From assembly GCA_002477545.1 (NCBI GenBank), contig DLQJ01000021.1:1-60750 (forward strand): DNA of 60,750 nt, written 5' to 3'. Position 1 is the stretch's first letter, and each line of letters starts with the position of its first letter. Shown in pieces: positions 30,401 to 39,632 of this stretch. The DNA comes from Patescibacteria group bacterium UBA7435 (GTDB taxonomy: Bacteria > Patescibacteriota > Minisyncoccia > Phycocordibacterales > UBA918). Made by a program: the position numbers and the translations under genes. The notes beneath the pieces were generated by a model. That model did not search any database. It had not been told where the DNA came from and was given only the letters and a program-made list of their open reading frames with translations.

Positions 30401-31118
30401 TTCTGACGCAAGGAAGAATGGCGTCAACCTGAACAGTTCCTGTAAGGAAGATGAGGACATCCAGCTCGCAATGGGAACATTGCGTCACACACTTATGACG
30501 CTCTCACAACTGATGGCACCGGTAATGCCATTCTTTGCTGAACATATGTATCGCACACTGCGTAATGAAAATGATGCAGAAAGTGTGCACCTGACAAATT
30601 GGCCTGAAGCGGGGGAGGTAGACGCAGGAGTTTTAGAAGCTATGGAGGTAACGCGTGGTGTGGTGTCTGCAGCCCTTGAAGCACGTGCGAAAGCAAATGT
30701 GAAAGTACGACAGCCTTTGCAGACACTTAGTGTACAAGAGGAGTCTTGTGTTGTTACTGATGAAGCGTACGCTGAAATTGTGCGTGCGGAAGTGAATGTA
30801 AAAGAGGTTCGTCACGATGGAAGTATTGAAGGGGTTACTTTGGACACTGAAATCACTCCGGCCTTACAAGCAGAGGGTGACGCACGAGACTTCATGCGTG
30901 CAGTACAGGATCTTCGAAAGAAAGAAGGGCTTGAAGCTGTCGACACCGTGATCCTTACCGTACAATCTTCACAAGAAGGTGAAGATGTAGTTATCACATT
31001 CAAAGATGAAATACAGAAAACCGTTGGAGCACAGGAAATCGTATTTGATCGTACTGAAGGAATGGAGGTAGTTGCTGGGGAACACTCATTAACTATTAGT
31101 ATTGAAAAGGTAGGGTAG
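27498..31118 (+). CDS. ileS: Isoleucine--tRNA ligase (type 2) with an inserted histidine-phosphatase domain and an in-frame repeat insertion
   Basis: DGPPFATGLPHYGH, GWDCHGLP, WTTTPWT, HSYPHCWRC, SRQRYWG, EGLDQTRGWFY, KQSKS; RHG motif at 29061. Confidence 0.95.
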   Translation: MNTKTQENHTPEKSDVALREEAVLQFWNEHDIFNKTLQKDAPNGDFVFYDGPPFATGLPHYGHILAGTIKDAIPRFWTMNGYRVPRKWGWDCHGLPLENLIEKKLGLATKRDIEELGIQVFNEAARDTVMEYADDWAKVVPRMGRWADMEDDYKTMDPTYTESVWWVFSQLHKKGLVYEGFKSMHLCPRCGTTLSNFEVNQGYKDIKDIAITVKLPLLDDAGVVTDASLLVWTTTPWTMPGNMAAAVHNEHDYVKVKVATEEGSEFLILAKARLSQLGEVEYEVVEEFKGTELVGKRYEPPFAFHSSQEFESKENAWQILHADYVELGEEGTGAVHLAPAYGDDDMKLAQEHNVPIVHHVDEVGHFMDFVTDFKGQLVKPKDDDSAGVTHLDADIEIVKALQANGKLFKKENITHSYPHCWRCDTPLLNYATTSWFVEVTKIKDQLVEENNKIKWVPEHVGRARFGKWLEGARDWAVSRQRYWGAPLPIWRNPETTDFVVMGSLADLQQYVPKSGNTYFAMRHGQSQSNADNVVQTNIETANPLTELGQQQVHDALAELKSKGIDRIICSPFERTGATATLIRNELGLSEEQMTYDERLGEIQLGDLEGKSNTEYADFVQTHAQWCDCAPEGGETWGDVRNRMGAFLYEAEKTYQNETILIVSHNSPLRMLGAVVQGAQLEETDFDHDADGMRYNNAEVRELSFTPMPHNDKYELDFHRPYIDDIDLFDGETKLERVPDVFDCWFESGSMPYGQKHFLGEAKDDFDPENGKGFPARFIAEGLDQTRGWFYSLIVLGTAIFGKSPYQNVIVNGLVLAEDGKKQSKSLRNYPDPMELADRTGIDAMRFYLLSSSIVKGEDLNFSEKEVAEIQRKNIGRLNNVLSMYGMFDDGKIESKSDSNHILDRWIIARLHQTTTDITDGYKGYELDKATRPVTEFIDDLSVWYLRRSRDRLKGVRKSGGLSQGVASNSDARKNGVNLNSSCKEDEDIQLAMGTLRHTLMTLSQLMAPVMPFFAEHMYRTLRNENDAESVHLTNWPEAGEVDAGVLEAMEVTRGVVSAALEARAKANVKVRQPLQTLSVQEESCVVTDEAYAEIVRAEVNVKEVRHDGSIEGVTLDTEITPALQAEGDARDFMRAVQDLRKKEGLEAVDTVILTVQSSQEGEDVVITFKDEIQKTVGAQEIVFDRTEGMEVVAGEHSLTISIEKVG
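30353..30450 (+). repeat. Palindromic element family B, copy B2, in frame within ileS
   Basis: gagtgagaaagtcc..ggactttcgcaag-ggttgcca...caacctgaacagttcctgtaaggaa; 90 nt between the taagggag and taaggaag direct repeats. Confidence 0.88.
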
Positions 31119-31189
31119 TGGAAGATGAACAAAGACCGGAAATGGCACAGCCATTTCCGGTCTTTGTGTTTTGCAGTACAATCAGTGGT

Positions 31190-31777
31190 ATGAGTTATAA
31201 GACATACACGATGCAGGCCCTGGTGTGTGGGTCACGCGCGAGCTTCACCTCAGACAAGTCATACCTTTTGTTTACCAAAGAGGTGGGTATGTTGTGGGCG
31301 ACCGCGCGCAGTGTCCGTGTTGAGAAATCGAAACAGCGTATGGCACTGCAGGATTTTTCTATGGTACGTGTATCGCTTATAAAAGGGAAAACAGGATGGC
31401 GCATTGGAAGTGTCGAGGCACACGCAAATGCATTTCTTGCAGCAGAGAATAGGGCAGTGCGCGGAGGTATCGCATTTGTGGTCAAGGCACTTCGTCAGTA
31501 TGTCCACGGAGAAGTGGAAGTACCACGGGCATTTGCTGATATGCAGAGTGTACTTGATCGGTTGGTCACAGAAAGTACCCCAGAAGATATTGCAGTGTAT
31601 CAACAACTATTTATTTTACGTCTTCTTGAGGAGTTGGGGTATATTGCTGTTCCTCAGGAATTTCGCGTATATATTGAAACTAAAGATCTGCACGGAGCGT
31701 TTACAATATATGACAATACACATGATGCTCGCATTACACAGCATATTGAACATGCCAAGAAGGTGAGTCATCTGTAA
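31190..31777 (+). CDS. recO: DNA repair protein RecO (short CPR type)
   Basis: Y.LFTKE.G.L.A.A.SVR...SK.R..LQ.FS OB-fold pattern; LEELGY. Confidence 0.75.
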   Translation: MSYKTYTMQALVCGSRASFTSDKSYLLFTKEVGMLWATARSVRVEKSKQRMALQDFSMVRVSLIKGKTGWRIGSVEAHANAFLAAENRAVRGGIAFVVKALRQYVHGEVEVPRAFADMQSVLDRLVTESTPEDIAVYQQLFILRLLEELGYIAVPQEFRVYIETKDLHGAFTIYDNTHDARITQHIEHAKKVSHL

Positions 31778-31803
31778 TGAGTTATACTAATAGAACAATA
31801 CGT

Positions 31804-33768
31804 ATGAGTGGAATTAAGGATCAAGACCGCATAGAAGCGCTTCGTAAGCGCTTATATGAGCGTGGGAAACCTGCCCAACAGCACGCAACACATGCGTTGA
31901 CTGATACTAAAGAAGAAGTACAGACACAATGGTCAGCACCTCCTGAGCCTGTGCAACAGGAGGTTGTGCCGGAGCCTGTGGTGGAACCAGAAATTATTTC
32001 TGAGGTACCGCTTACTAGACCAACAGAACTAGATATGACACCCAAGAAAAAGAAAAAAGGATATCGTTTGAAATTACTATTAGCAGGGATCATCTTCTTC
32101 GTCCTTGCGGTAGGAGGATCAAGCGCATTTTTGATGTTTGGCAACAATAGTATCTCAGGAGAAAATATTGCTATTTCAGTAACGGGACCGTTCACCATAG
32201 GTGGGGGAGAAACATTGCCACTACAAGTAGGTGTTACTAATAGTAATGTGGTAGCTATAGAGTCAGCAACGTTAATTGTGGAGTATCCACTAGGGACACA
32301 TTCCGCTGTTGATGCACAAAAAGAACTATTTTCTGAACGCTTAGCCTTAGACACTGTAGCTGCAGGGGAAACAATAAACGTACCGTTACGTGCGGTTGTG
32401 TTTGGGGAAGAGAATGATGACCAGACCGTAAACGTTTCAATTGAATATCGAGTGCAGGGCTCTAATGCATTGTTCTTTAAAGAAGCGGATCCATTGCGGT
32501 ACAAAATTAGCTCGTCTCCGATTACGGTTAAGACAGCCTCTTTGAAGAAGGTATCTTCTGGGCAAGAGACTGATATTGAAATTACTATTACCTCAAACTC
32601 ACAGACAACACTTTCCGAGGTTCTTGTGAAAGCCGAATATCCTACAGGATTTGATTTTACATCTTCAGAACCTTCACCGGTAAGTGCACAGAATGTATGG
32701 TTAATTAAAGACCTTGAGCCAGAAGAACAACAAACCATTACCATTACAGGAATAGTGGTTGGGAAAGAGACTGATGAATATGCACTGAACTTTACCGTTG
32801 GTGTACCCAGCGAACGAGATCCGCAAAGTCTTGCGTCAGTGTTTGCCACCGCACAAACTGAATTTGAAATCGAACAACCATTTTTAGATATTGATCTTGA
32901 AATCGCAGGAGTGAGTAACAGTACTGTGGTTGTTGAGCCTGAACAGCAAGTGGCAGGTTCAGTTGAGATTACCAACACACTTGAAGACACACTCTACGAT
33001 ATTACCGTTGAAGTGCAATTAGGAGGAAATGCATTGTCTGATCTGGACGTTGGTCCACCAAATGGATTTTACGATTCATCAAAAAACAAAATCATATGGG
33101 ATGTTTCAAGCTCGCCCGATTTGAAGGAATTGCACCCAGGAGAAACAACTCGTTTAGCGTTTGGTGTAGTTCCTTCTGGTGATGCATCACGAACTCCCCA
33201 GATAGACTTTGATGTGAATGTTACTGCACGACGTGTTTCAGAGAATAATGTTTCAGAGAATTTAATTGGAACTGCTGCAAGTGTTCTTAAGGTTGCAAGC
33301 TCGCCTAATCTGCGTACCATTGTTGGATATAACAATGGCGTCTTTACTGATGTGGGGCCACTGCCGCCAAAGGCAGAAGAGTCTACGAACTACACCGTTT
33401 CACTTATGATTGAAAACGGAAGTAATGCTATTTCTGATACGGTAGTAACTGCAGTGTTACCATCGTACGTAACGTGGAAGGATCAAACTTCAGGAGCGGG
33501 AACGGTAAATTACAATCCAACTGACCGATCAATTACTTGGACTGTAGGATCTGTTGAAGGTAATGCAGCAGCATTCGCTGCATTCCAAATAGCACTAACT
33601 CCAAGTAAGAGTCAGGTAGGAACTGCACCAGTGTTAGTTAAGGAACAACGGCTTAAAGCAAATGATTTGTTTACAGGGACCGTTGTGCGGGATGTGATGA
33701 GTGCGGTTACTAGTGAGATGTCGTTAGAGACCGGCTATGAGCGTGACAACGGGAGAGTTGTTCAATAA
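31804..33768 (+). CDS. Membrane-anchored extracellular protein with Ig-like (DUF11-like) domains
   Basis: Basic stretch plus a single TM; repeated beta-rich domains (YP.GF.F.SS.P, W....L). Confidence 0.75.
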   Translation: MSGIKDQDRIEALRKRLYERGKPAQQHATHALTDTKEEVQTQWSAPPEPVQQEVVPEPVVEPEIISEVPLTRPTELDMTPKKKKKGYRLKLLLAGIIFFVLAVGGSSAFLMFGNNSISGENIAISVTGPFTIGGGETLPLQVGVTNSNVVAIESATLIVEYPLGTHSAVDAQKELFSERLALDTVAAGETINVPLRAVVFGEENDDQTVNVSIEYRVQGSNALFFKEADPLRYKISSSPITVKTASLKKVSSGQETDIEITITSNSQTTLSEVLVKAEYPTGFDFTSSEPSPVSAQNVWLIKDLEPEEQQTITITGIVVGKETDEYALNFTVGVPSERDPQSLASVFATAQTEFEIEQPFLDIDLEIAGVSNSTVVVEPEQQVAGSVEITNTLEDTLYDITVEVQLGGNALSDLDVGPPNGFYDSSKNKIIWDVSSSPDLKELHPGETTRLAFGVVPSGDASRTPQIDFDVNVTARRVSENNVSENLIGTAASVLKVASSPNLRTIVGYNNGVFTDVGPLPPKAEESTNYTVSLMIENGSNAISDTVVTAVLPSYVTWKDQTSGAGTVNYNPTDRSITWTVGSVEGNAAAFAAFQIALTPSKSQVGTAPVLVKEQRLKANDLFTGTVVRDVMSAVTSEMSLETGYERDNGRVVQ

Positions 33769-33881
33769 ATCAGCGAATTACTTCGTTGTGCTGCGATAAA
33801 TTGACCGTCATCGTACGCAAGTACGCCTCCGTTCAATTTTCTTACACGCCTCGTACTTCATCTGATTTATTGGACAACTCT
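33754..33881. repeat. Palindromic element family C, copy C2
   Basis: agagttgttcaataaatcag...tacttcgttg...cgtacgcaagtacg...gcctcgta...ctgatttattggacaactct. Confidence 0.82.
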
Positions 33882-33939
33882 AGTCCACAGTCTTTTCTAT
33901 TCAGTTCGTTATGCTAAAATCAACCTATTATGAATGAAG

Positions 33940-34009
33940 AAAGGAGCAGAAGCGACTATTCTGAATTTATGTCCCAATTTCGCCCTGCCCTAGGCGAAAT
34001 TGCTGGACG
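33940..34009 (+). repeat. Palindromic element family A, copy A2
   Basis: aaggagcagaagcgactattctgaatttatgtcc-caatttcgcc-loop-ggcgaaattg-ctggacg. Confidence 0.85.
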
Positions 34010-34039
34010 ACCGACTTACTTAAATTAATTATCTCCCGC

Positions 34040-35425
34040 ATGACAGAAAAAAAAGACGATAAGATGGAAAAAATAGTATCGCTATGTAAGCGTCGTGGCT
34101 TTGTGTTTCAGGGGAGTGATATCTATGGGGGGCTTCGTGGTACGTGGGACTATGGCCCTTTGGGAGTTGCCCTAAACAAAAACATCAAGCGAGAATGGTG
34201 GAAAATGTTTGTTGATGATCGTGAGGATATGTATGGTCTGGATGCAGCGATCATTATGAATAGTAAGGTGTGGGAGGCTTCGGGGCACACGGGTGCTGGT
34301 TTTGCTGACCCAATGGTGGAAGATCTTGAAACCAAAGAGCGATTTCGAGCTGACCATCTCCTTAAAGATAACGACATTGACGCAGAAGGAATGAGCTTAG
34401 AAGAAATTGATGCATTGATTGCGGAAAAGGGAATCAAAAGTCCGAAAGGTAATGATCTTTCTCAAGCTCGGCAATTTAACCTTATGTTCGAGTCACGCAT
34501 TGGTGCAACAGCCGGAGATGAAGGGAAGGTGTATTTGCGACCTGAGACCGCACAAGGTATTTTTGTAAACTTTAAAAATGTGTTGGATTCAATGTCACCA
34601 AAGATGCCATTTGGTATCGCTCAAGTAGGGAAGGCATTCCGTAATGAGATCGCCCCTCGTGAGTTTTTATTCCGTGTGCGCGAGTTTGAACAGATGGAGA
34701 TTGAGTATTTTGTAAAAGAGTCTGAGTGGGAAGTCGAGTTTGAAAAGCTTCGATTGGATATTGTCGCTTGGAACAAGCATCTTGGCCTGAGTGATGAAAA
34801 TGTACGTGAGTTTGAAGTGCCAGAAAACGATTTAGCACATTACTCAAAGCGGACAATTGATTTTGAATACAACTATCCAGGGAAAGGCTTTGATGAGCTT
34901 GCAGGGTTCGCGTACCGAACTGACCATGATCTAAAAAATCATATGGAAGCAAGTGGAACAACAATGGAATACATTGAGCCAGACGGATCACGATTTATTC
35001 CACATGTACTTGAACCATCATTCGGGTTAGGGCGAGCATTAACTGCCGTACTATGTGAAGCATATACAGAAGATGAAATGAATGGGGAAGTGCGAACATA
35101 CCTTAAGCTTCCAGTACACCTCGCACCATATCGTGTTGCGGTTTCACCATTGCTAAAAAATAAGCCTCAGCTTGTAGAAAAGGCACGGGAAGTATTTAGT
35201 GTACTTAAGAAAGAATACGGAAACGTAGCATGGGACGATAATGGAAATGTAGGAAAACGATACCGACGTCAGGATGAAATTGGTACACCATACTGCGTAG
35301 TTATCGACTTTGATACGCTGGGCGAAGAAAATCCAGACACGAAAGACACGGTAACCATTCGTCATCGTGATACAGGTGAGCAGGAGCGAGTCTCAATTTC
35401 TGACCTGATTGAGAAATTGAAGTAA
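34040..35425 (+). CDS. glyQS: Glycine--tRNA ligase (alpha2 type)
   Basis: DYGPLG, LRPETAQG, FRNEI, REFEQME, HYSK, EPSFG, RYRRQDEIGTP. Confidence 0.96.
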   Translation: MTEKKDDKMEKIVSLCKRRGFVFQGSDIYGGLRGTWDYGPLGVALNKNIKREWWKMFVDDREDMYGLDAAIIMNSKVWEASGHTGAGFADPMVEDLETKERFRADHLLKDNDIDAEGMSLEEIDALIAEKGIKSPKGNDLSQARQFNLMFESRIGATAGDEGKVYLRPETAQGIFVNFKNVLDSMSPKMPFGIAQVGKAFRNEIAPREFLFRVREFEQMEIEYFVKESEWEVEFEKLRLDIVAWNKHLGLSDENVREFEVPENDLAHYSKRTIDFEYNYPGKGFDELAGFAYRTDHDLKNHMEASGTTMEYIEPDGSRFIPHVLEPSFGLGRALTAVLCEAYTEDEMNGEVRTYLKLPVHLAPYRVAVSPLLKNKPQLVEKAREVFSVLKKEYGNVAWDDNGNVGKRYRRQDEIGTPYCVVIDFDTLGEENPDTKDTVTIRHRDTGEQERVSISDLIEKLK

Positions 35426-35460
35426 AATAAAGACCTGCCATTAGGCAGGTCTTTATTTTT
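35424..35460. terminator. Intrinsic terminator
   Basis: aaaataaagacctgcc-atta-ggcaggtctttatttt. Confidence 0.75.
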
Positions 35461-35522
35461 TAATCCTAAACCTTGTTAAATATTTTAAACAGTGTATTTT
35501 GAATAGAGATTTAACAGGGAGA

Positions 35523-35837
35523 ATGACAATGACTGAGGTGACAGTATTTGAGCAAGTTCGAATTTTTTTGTATGCACTAGGCTATGAAGAGGGACGTGCA
35601 GATCCAGATCGTACCATTGAAGATGGCGACTGGTTACTAGACTACCTTAAAGAGCAAGCAGAAAAAGACGATATCATCATAGACTTGCTACGTAGAATGG
35701 AAAGTTCTAGTTGGTTTTGTGGACATAGTCTTGAAGGAACAGAAAATATAGGCTGGACACGAGATATGTCGAAACAGGCCCTTGGAGAGCGTGTTGAGCT
35801 ACTTCAAAGATTGGAAGCCCCTGCTGTATTACAGTAA
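35523..35837 (+). CDS. Hypothetical protein
   Basis: ORF with AGGGAG upstream and a terminator at ~35842-35864. Confidence 0.55.
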   Translation: MTMTEVTVFEQVRIFLYALGYEEGRADPDRTIEDGDWLLDYLKEQAEKDDIIIDLLRRMESSSWFCGHSLEGTENIGWTRDMSKQALGERVELLQRLEAPAVLQ

Positions 35838-35920
35838 GCCCAAAAGGCGCCTCGGCGCCTTTTTACTTTGGTTGTGGTCACGATTTCTTTTTTATGAAGC
35901 TGTGGTACTGTATTTAGATT

Positions 35921-37351
35921 ATGACTGACAAAACACCACGATATCTCACCACCACACTACCGTACGTAAACGCTGAACCACATATTGGTTTTGGTTTAGA
36001 AATGGTGCAGGCAGACACACTTGCACGGTATTGGCGAGTTATGGGACACGAGGTGTTTTTTACTACCGGAACAGATGAACATGGCCAGAAAATTGCGGAA
36101 AAGGCTGATCAGATCGGGCAGGATCGACAGGAGTATGTTGACCATTTTGCTGGAGAATTTAGTAAACTCAAAGAATCGTTGAACCTTTCATACGATAATT
36201 TTATTCGTACCACTGATTCTGATCACAAGAAAGCCGCGCAAGAAATGTGGAAACGATGCGAGGCTAAAGGTGACATTTACAAAAAGAAGTACAAAGGATT
36301 GTATTGTGTGGGGGACGAGATGTACATGAAGGAGTCTGAATTGGTGGATGGGAAGTGTCCAAATCATCCGAACATGGAACTGCAGGAAATTGAGGAAGAG
36401 AATTATTTCTTTAAACTTTCAAACTACCAAGGTTATCTTGAAGAATATCTTTCACAAGAAGGAGTAATCGAACCAGAATGGCGACGCCAGGAGGCTTTGA
36501 ACTTTGTACAAGGAGGACTTGAAGATTTTAGTATTTCACGAGAGGTCTCTCGTATGGATTGGGGTATTCCAGTTCCCGCAGATGAAGAACAGGTAATGTA
36601 CGTATGGTTCGATGCACTTACTAATTACATCAGCGCACTTGGTTGGCCAGAGGATGTTCAGGGAAATTTCAAAAAATTCTGGCAAGAAGGAGAGGTGATG
36701 CAAATGGCAGGAAAGGATCAAATTCGGTTCCAATCTATTATGTGGCAGGCGATGCTTCATAGTGCTGATATTAGAGCAACCGACAAAGTTATATATCATG
36801 GCTTCATCAATTCAGGTGGGCAAAAGATGAGTAAGAGCCTTGGAAATGTTATTTCACCGTATGAGTTAGTAGAGAAGTACGGTACTGACGCAACGCGCTA
36901 CATTCTATTACGCCACGTGCATCCATTTGATGACTCCGACCTCACATGGGAAAAGATGGATGAATATTACACTGCAAACCTAGTAAACGGTTTAGGTAAT
37001 CTTACGGCACGTATTATGAAGATGTCGGAAACTCATCTTGAAGTAGAGGATTTTGAGCCATTTGATCCAACAACAATAGATGCTCCGGCAATGCTTAACA
37101 TGCAAAATGCCATGGATCACATCTGGTCACTCATCCAGACTGCTGATGAACTTATCGCAGAAACTGAACCATTTAAGCTTATTAAGACTGAACCAGAGGT
37201 AGCCAAGGGAATACTTGTAAATCTCCGCCAACAACTGCTGCACATCGGACGACTACTACTTCCCGTAATGCCAGAGACGAGTGTAGCGATTCGTGCGGCA
37301 GTTCGTGCAAATCAAAAACCAGACAATCTATTTAATCGGCTTGAGTCATAG
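35921..37351 (+). CDS. metG: Methionine--tRNA ligase (short form)
   Basis: LPYVNAEPHIG, TGTDEHGQK, YVWFDAL.NY, KMSKS. Confidence 0.96.
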   Translation: MTDKTPRYLTTTLPYVNAEPHIGFGLEMVQADTLARYWRVMGHEVFFTTGTDEHGQKIAEKADQIGQDRQEYVDHFAGEFSKLKESLNLSYDNFIRTTDSDHKKAAQEMWKRCEAKGDIYKKKYKGLYCVGDEMYMKESELVDGKCPNHPNMELQEIEEENYFFKLSNYQGYLEEYLSQEGVIEPEWRRQEALNFVQGGLEDFSISREVSRMDWGIPVPADEEQVMYVWFDALTNYISALGWPEDVQGNFKKFWQEGEVMQMAGKDQIRFQSIMWQAMLHSADIRATDKVIYHGFINSGGQKMSKSLGNVISPYELVEKYGTDATRYILLRHVHPFDDSDLTWEKMDEYYTANLVNGLGNLTARIMKMSETHLEVEDFEPFDPTTIDAPAMLNMQNAMDHIWSLIQTADELIAETEPFKLIKTEPEVAKGILVNLRQQLLHIGRLLLPVMPETSVAIRAAVRANQKPDNLFNRLES

Positions 37352-37356
37352 CTAGT

Positions 37357-37605
37357 ATGAAAAGTATTGAAGACGTGTTGCAGCGAAATAACCGTGTCGA
37401 GATGGATAAGGCATGGGAGGTTAGTTATACTCGGCGATTAATTATTGCGGGAATCATTTATTTAGTTGCAGCCGCTTTTATGAAGAGTATTAGTCTTGAT
37501 GCATATTTACTTAGTGCACTGGTGCCAACAGGAGGATATCTTTTTTCAACCTTGTCACTACCGATTGTTAAGAAGTATTGGATTGAAAAATATGGAAACA
37601 AATAA
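37357..37605 (+). CDS. Small two-TM membrane protein
   Basis: RN.RVE.DKAWE.S..RR, VPTGGY..STLSL; fits between metG and tatD. Confidence 0.7.
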   Translation: MKSIEDVLQRNNRVEMDKAWEVSYTRRLIIAGIIYLVAAAFMKSISLDAYLLSALVPTGGYLFSTLSLPIVKKYWIEKYGNK

Positions 37606-38449
37606 ATTTCAGTATATTGATACACATGCTCATCTAAACCTTTCTGCTTTTGATGAAGACAGGGAAGAAATAATTTTACGATGCAGAGAAGAAGGGATTG
37701 TGGTGATTAATATTGGAACGAAGCTGAGCACAAGCAAAAAGGCGGTAGAGATTGCAGAAACTCATGAACATATGTACGCGATGGTTGGTCTTCATCCGAT
37801 ACAGACAACACCACGGCACCATACTGAAGAAGAGATTGGTGGGAAGGCGTTTACCTCAAAGGGTGAGGAGTTTGATATAGATCTGTATCGAGAGCTTTGT
37901 AAGAGTGAGAAGGTTGTTGGTGTTGGTGAGTGTGGTTTTGACTATTTCCATAATGGCGTAGAGATGTACGAAGTACAGGAAACTGCGTTCCTTAAACAAA
38001 TTGCTCTAGCGAATGAGATGGAACTTCCGTTGATGATTCATACACGTGATCCAAAACCGGGGGAGGAGAGTCCAACAGGACGCAGTGTGTACGACGATGT
38101 ATACGATCTTTTAAAGAAGCATAGCAAGGTGCCTGCAAATATACATTTCTATGCAGGAAACTGGGAGCAGGCACAGAAGTTCTTTGGGCTGGGGTGCACC
38201 ATTTCGTTTACCGGTGTGATTACGTTTGCAAAAGACTATAAAGAAGTAGTTCGCAATGCACCCTTAGACCTCATCCATGCTGAGACTGATTGCCCCTACG
38301 TTGCCCCAATTCCATTTCGAGGAAAACGATGTGATCCGACTATGGTGAAAGAAGTCTATAAGAAAATAGCGGAGATACGAGGAGAAGATGAGGAAGTGGT
38401 GCGGAAGCAGTTGTTGGAGAACGCAAAACGACTTTACAGACTGTCTTAA
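37592..38449 (+). CDS. tatD: TatD-family hydrolase/DNase
   Basis: IDTHAHL, GLHP, GECGFDY, IHTR, HFY, ETDCPY. Confidence 0.92.
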   Translation: METNKFQYIDTHAHLNLSAFDEDREEIILRCREEGIVVINIGTKLSTSKKAVEIAETHEHMYAMVGLHPIQTTPRHHTEEEIGGKAFTSKGEEFDIDLYRELCKSEKVVGVGECGFDYFHNGVEMYEVQETAFLKQIALANEMELPLMIHTRDPKPGEESPTGRSVYDDVYDLLKKHSKVPANIHFYAGNWEQAQKFFGLGCTISFTGVITFAKDYKEVVRNAPLDLIHAETDCPYVAPIPFRGKRCDPTMVKEVYKKIAEIRGEDEEVVRKQLLENAKRLYRLS

Positions 38450-38484
38450 AGTGATAGTCTTCCACTAGAAAGGAGATCTTGATA

Positions 38485-39021
38485 ATGTATGAAAAATGGT
38501 GTGAAACTCAGGATCGAGTAAACAAATTTAAAAAACTTTTGACGAATCGTTACCCAAATATGTATTTACTTATTTGTGTATATACAGGGAGATTTGCTAT
38601 TGGTAATCCTTTGTATGATTCTCATGGTGGTTATCTGCATGCTTCGCAAGTATTTGATTGTAAATACGGTAGCATGAAAAATACTAAAGAATTATCACGA
38701 GGAATATTTGGTGTGCTTCTTTCGGATAAAATTTTGGAAGACACTAACGTAAAGGTTGAAAAATGTGATTTCCTGCAAGATCGGTTTGAAATTGCAGGAG
38801 GTCATTGGTGCGAATGTTTGCGTTCTGATGATCACGAAGGACCGCACCTTATCTTAAAAGAAAATGGTACGTACGTAATCTGGATTGATGACATGTGTGA
38901 AAATTGGCGAGATTGTGAAGGGTGTTCAAGTGAAGATACTACGGATTGGTGTATTGCTTATGGCACGGTTTCACCTGAGGAAGCCCAAATATATCTTGAT
39001 GATGCGAAATATAAAGGATAA
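38485..39021 (+). CDS. Hypothetical Cys-rich protein
   Basis: AAGGAG upstream; C..CL...HEGPH and CxxC patterns. Confidence 0.55.
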   Translation: MYEKWCETQDRVNKFKKLLTNRYPNMYLLICVYTGRFAIGNPLYDSHGGYLHASQVFDCKYGSMKNTKELSRGIFGVLLSDKILEDTNVKVEKCDFLQDRFEIAGGHWCECLRSDDHEGPHLILKENGTYVIWIDDMCENWRDCEGCSSEDTTDWCIAYGTVSPEEAQIYLDDAKYKG

Positions 39022-39044
39022 ACCCGGCGCAATTGCGCCGGGTT

Positions 39045-39479
39045 TTATGCTGGTGTATGAGCAAGTAGTCGCTTTTCTCGATGGACAAATGCAAAGTGTC
39101 GGTAGGCGTATGCAATGTGGTGCCGTGCCTTGCCACGGAGTCTCCGTTTGTGCACTCGGATGCATATCAGCTTAAGGTCGTATAATTCTTCACGACTTAG
39201 TCTGTGCCAACGGATCCATAGGAATGGATTTTTCTTGAACCATTTTTGTAGTAGGTAATAGAATACTTCAGCCGCGATATTCCCCCGTAAACTATTGCAC
39301 TGGCTACATGCTGTAACCATGTTGGAAGGTGCTGTTTGACCACCTTCTGAACGCGGAATAAAGTGATCCTTTGTTAACGTATCAGGTGGCAATGGTTGTT
39401 TCTTGTACCGGAACATAGGATGTTCGCAGTAGTAACACAAATGATTTTGTGATGCAGATATTCTGAGAATATATGACAT
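39045..39479 (-). CDS. HNH endonuclease domain protein
   Basis: CYYC...TKDHFIPRSEGG....NMVTACSQCNSLRG. Confidence 0.85.
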   Translation of the reverse strand: MSYILRISASQNHLCYYCEHPMFRYKKQPLPPDTLTKDHFIPRSEGGQTAPSNMVTACSQCNSLRGNIAAEVFYYLLQKWFKKNPFLWIRWHRLSREELYDLKLICIRVHKRRLRGKARHHIAYAYRHFAFVHREKRLLAHTPA

Positions 39480-39632
39480 TCCATGCTCCTTTCATTGTAA
39501 TGAGCTCTGTATTCATAATAAAATGGTTTCAATGAACTGTATTTACATAGTGTGGATGGCAACATAATTACAATTTATCAAGATTAACAAAACCGATACG
39601 TAATGGTATCGGTTTTGTGTATTTGAGATTAT

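Noticed and set aside
30353-30450. ileS insert as a group I/II intron or intein
   Set aside because: At 90 nt it is far too short, and it has no catalytic core or intein terminal residues.
31821-32990. 389-aa antisense ORF and many other shadow ORFs
   Set aside because: They lie fully opposite or inside well-supported genes, and their composition reflects the sense-strand codon bias.
38485-39479. HNH gene and neighbour as a prophage or defence system
   Set aside because: Two convergent solitary genes with no phage structural, integrase or methylase partners.
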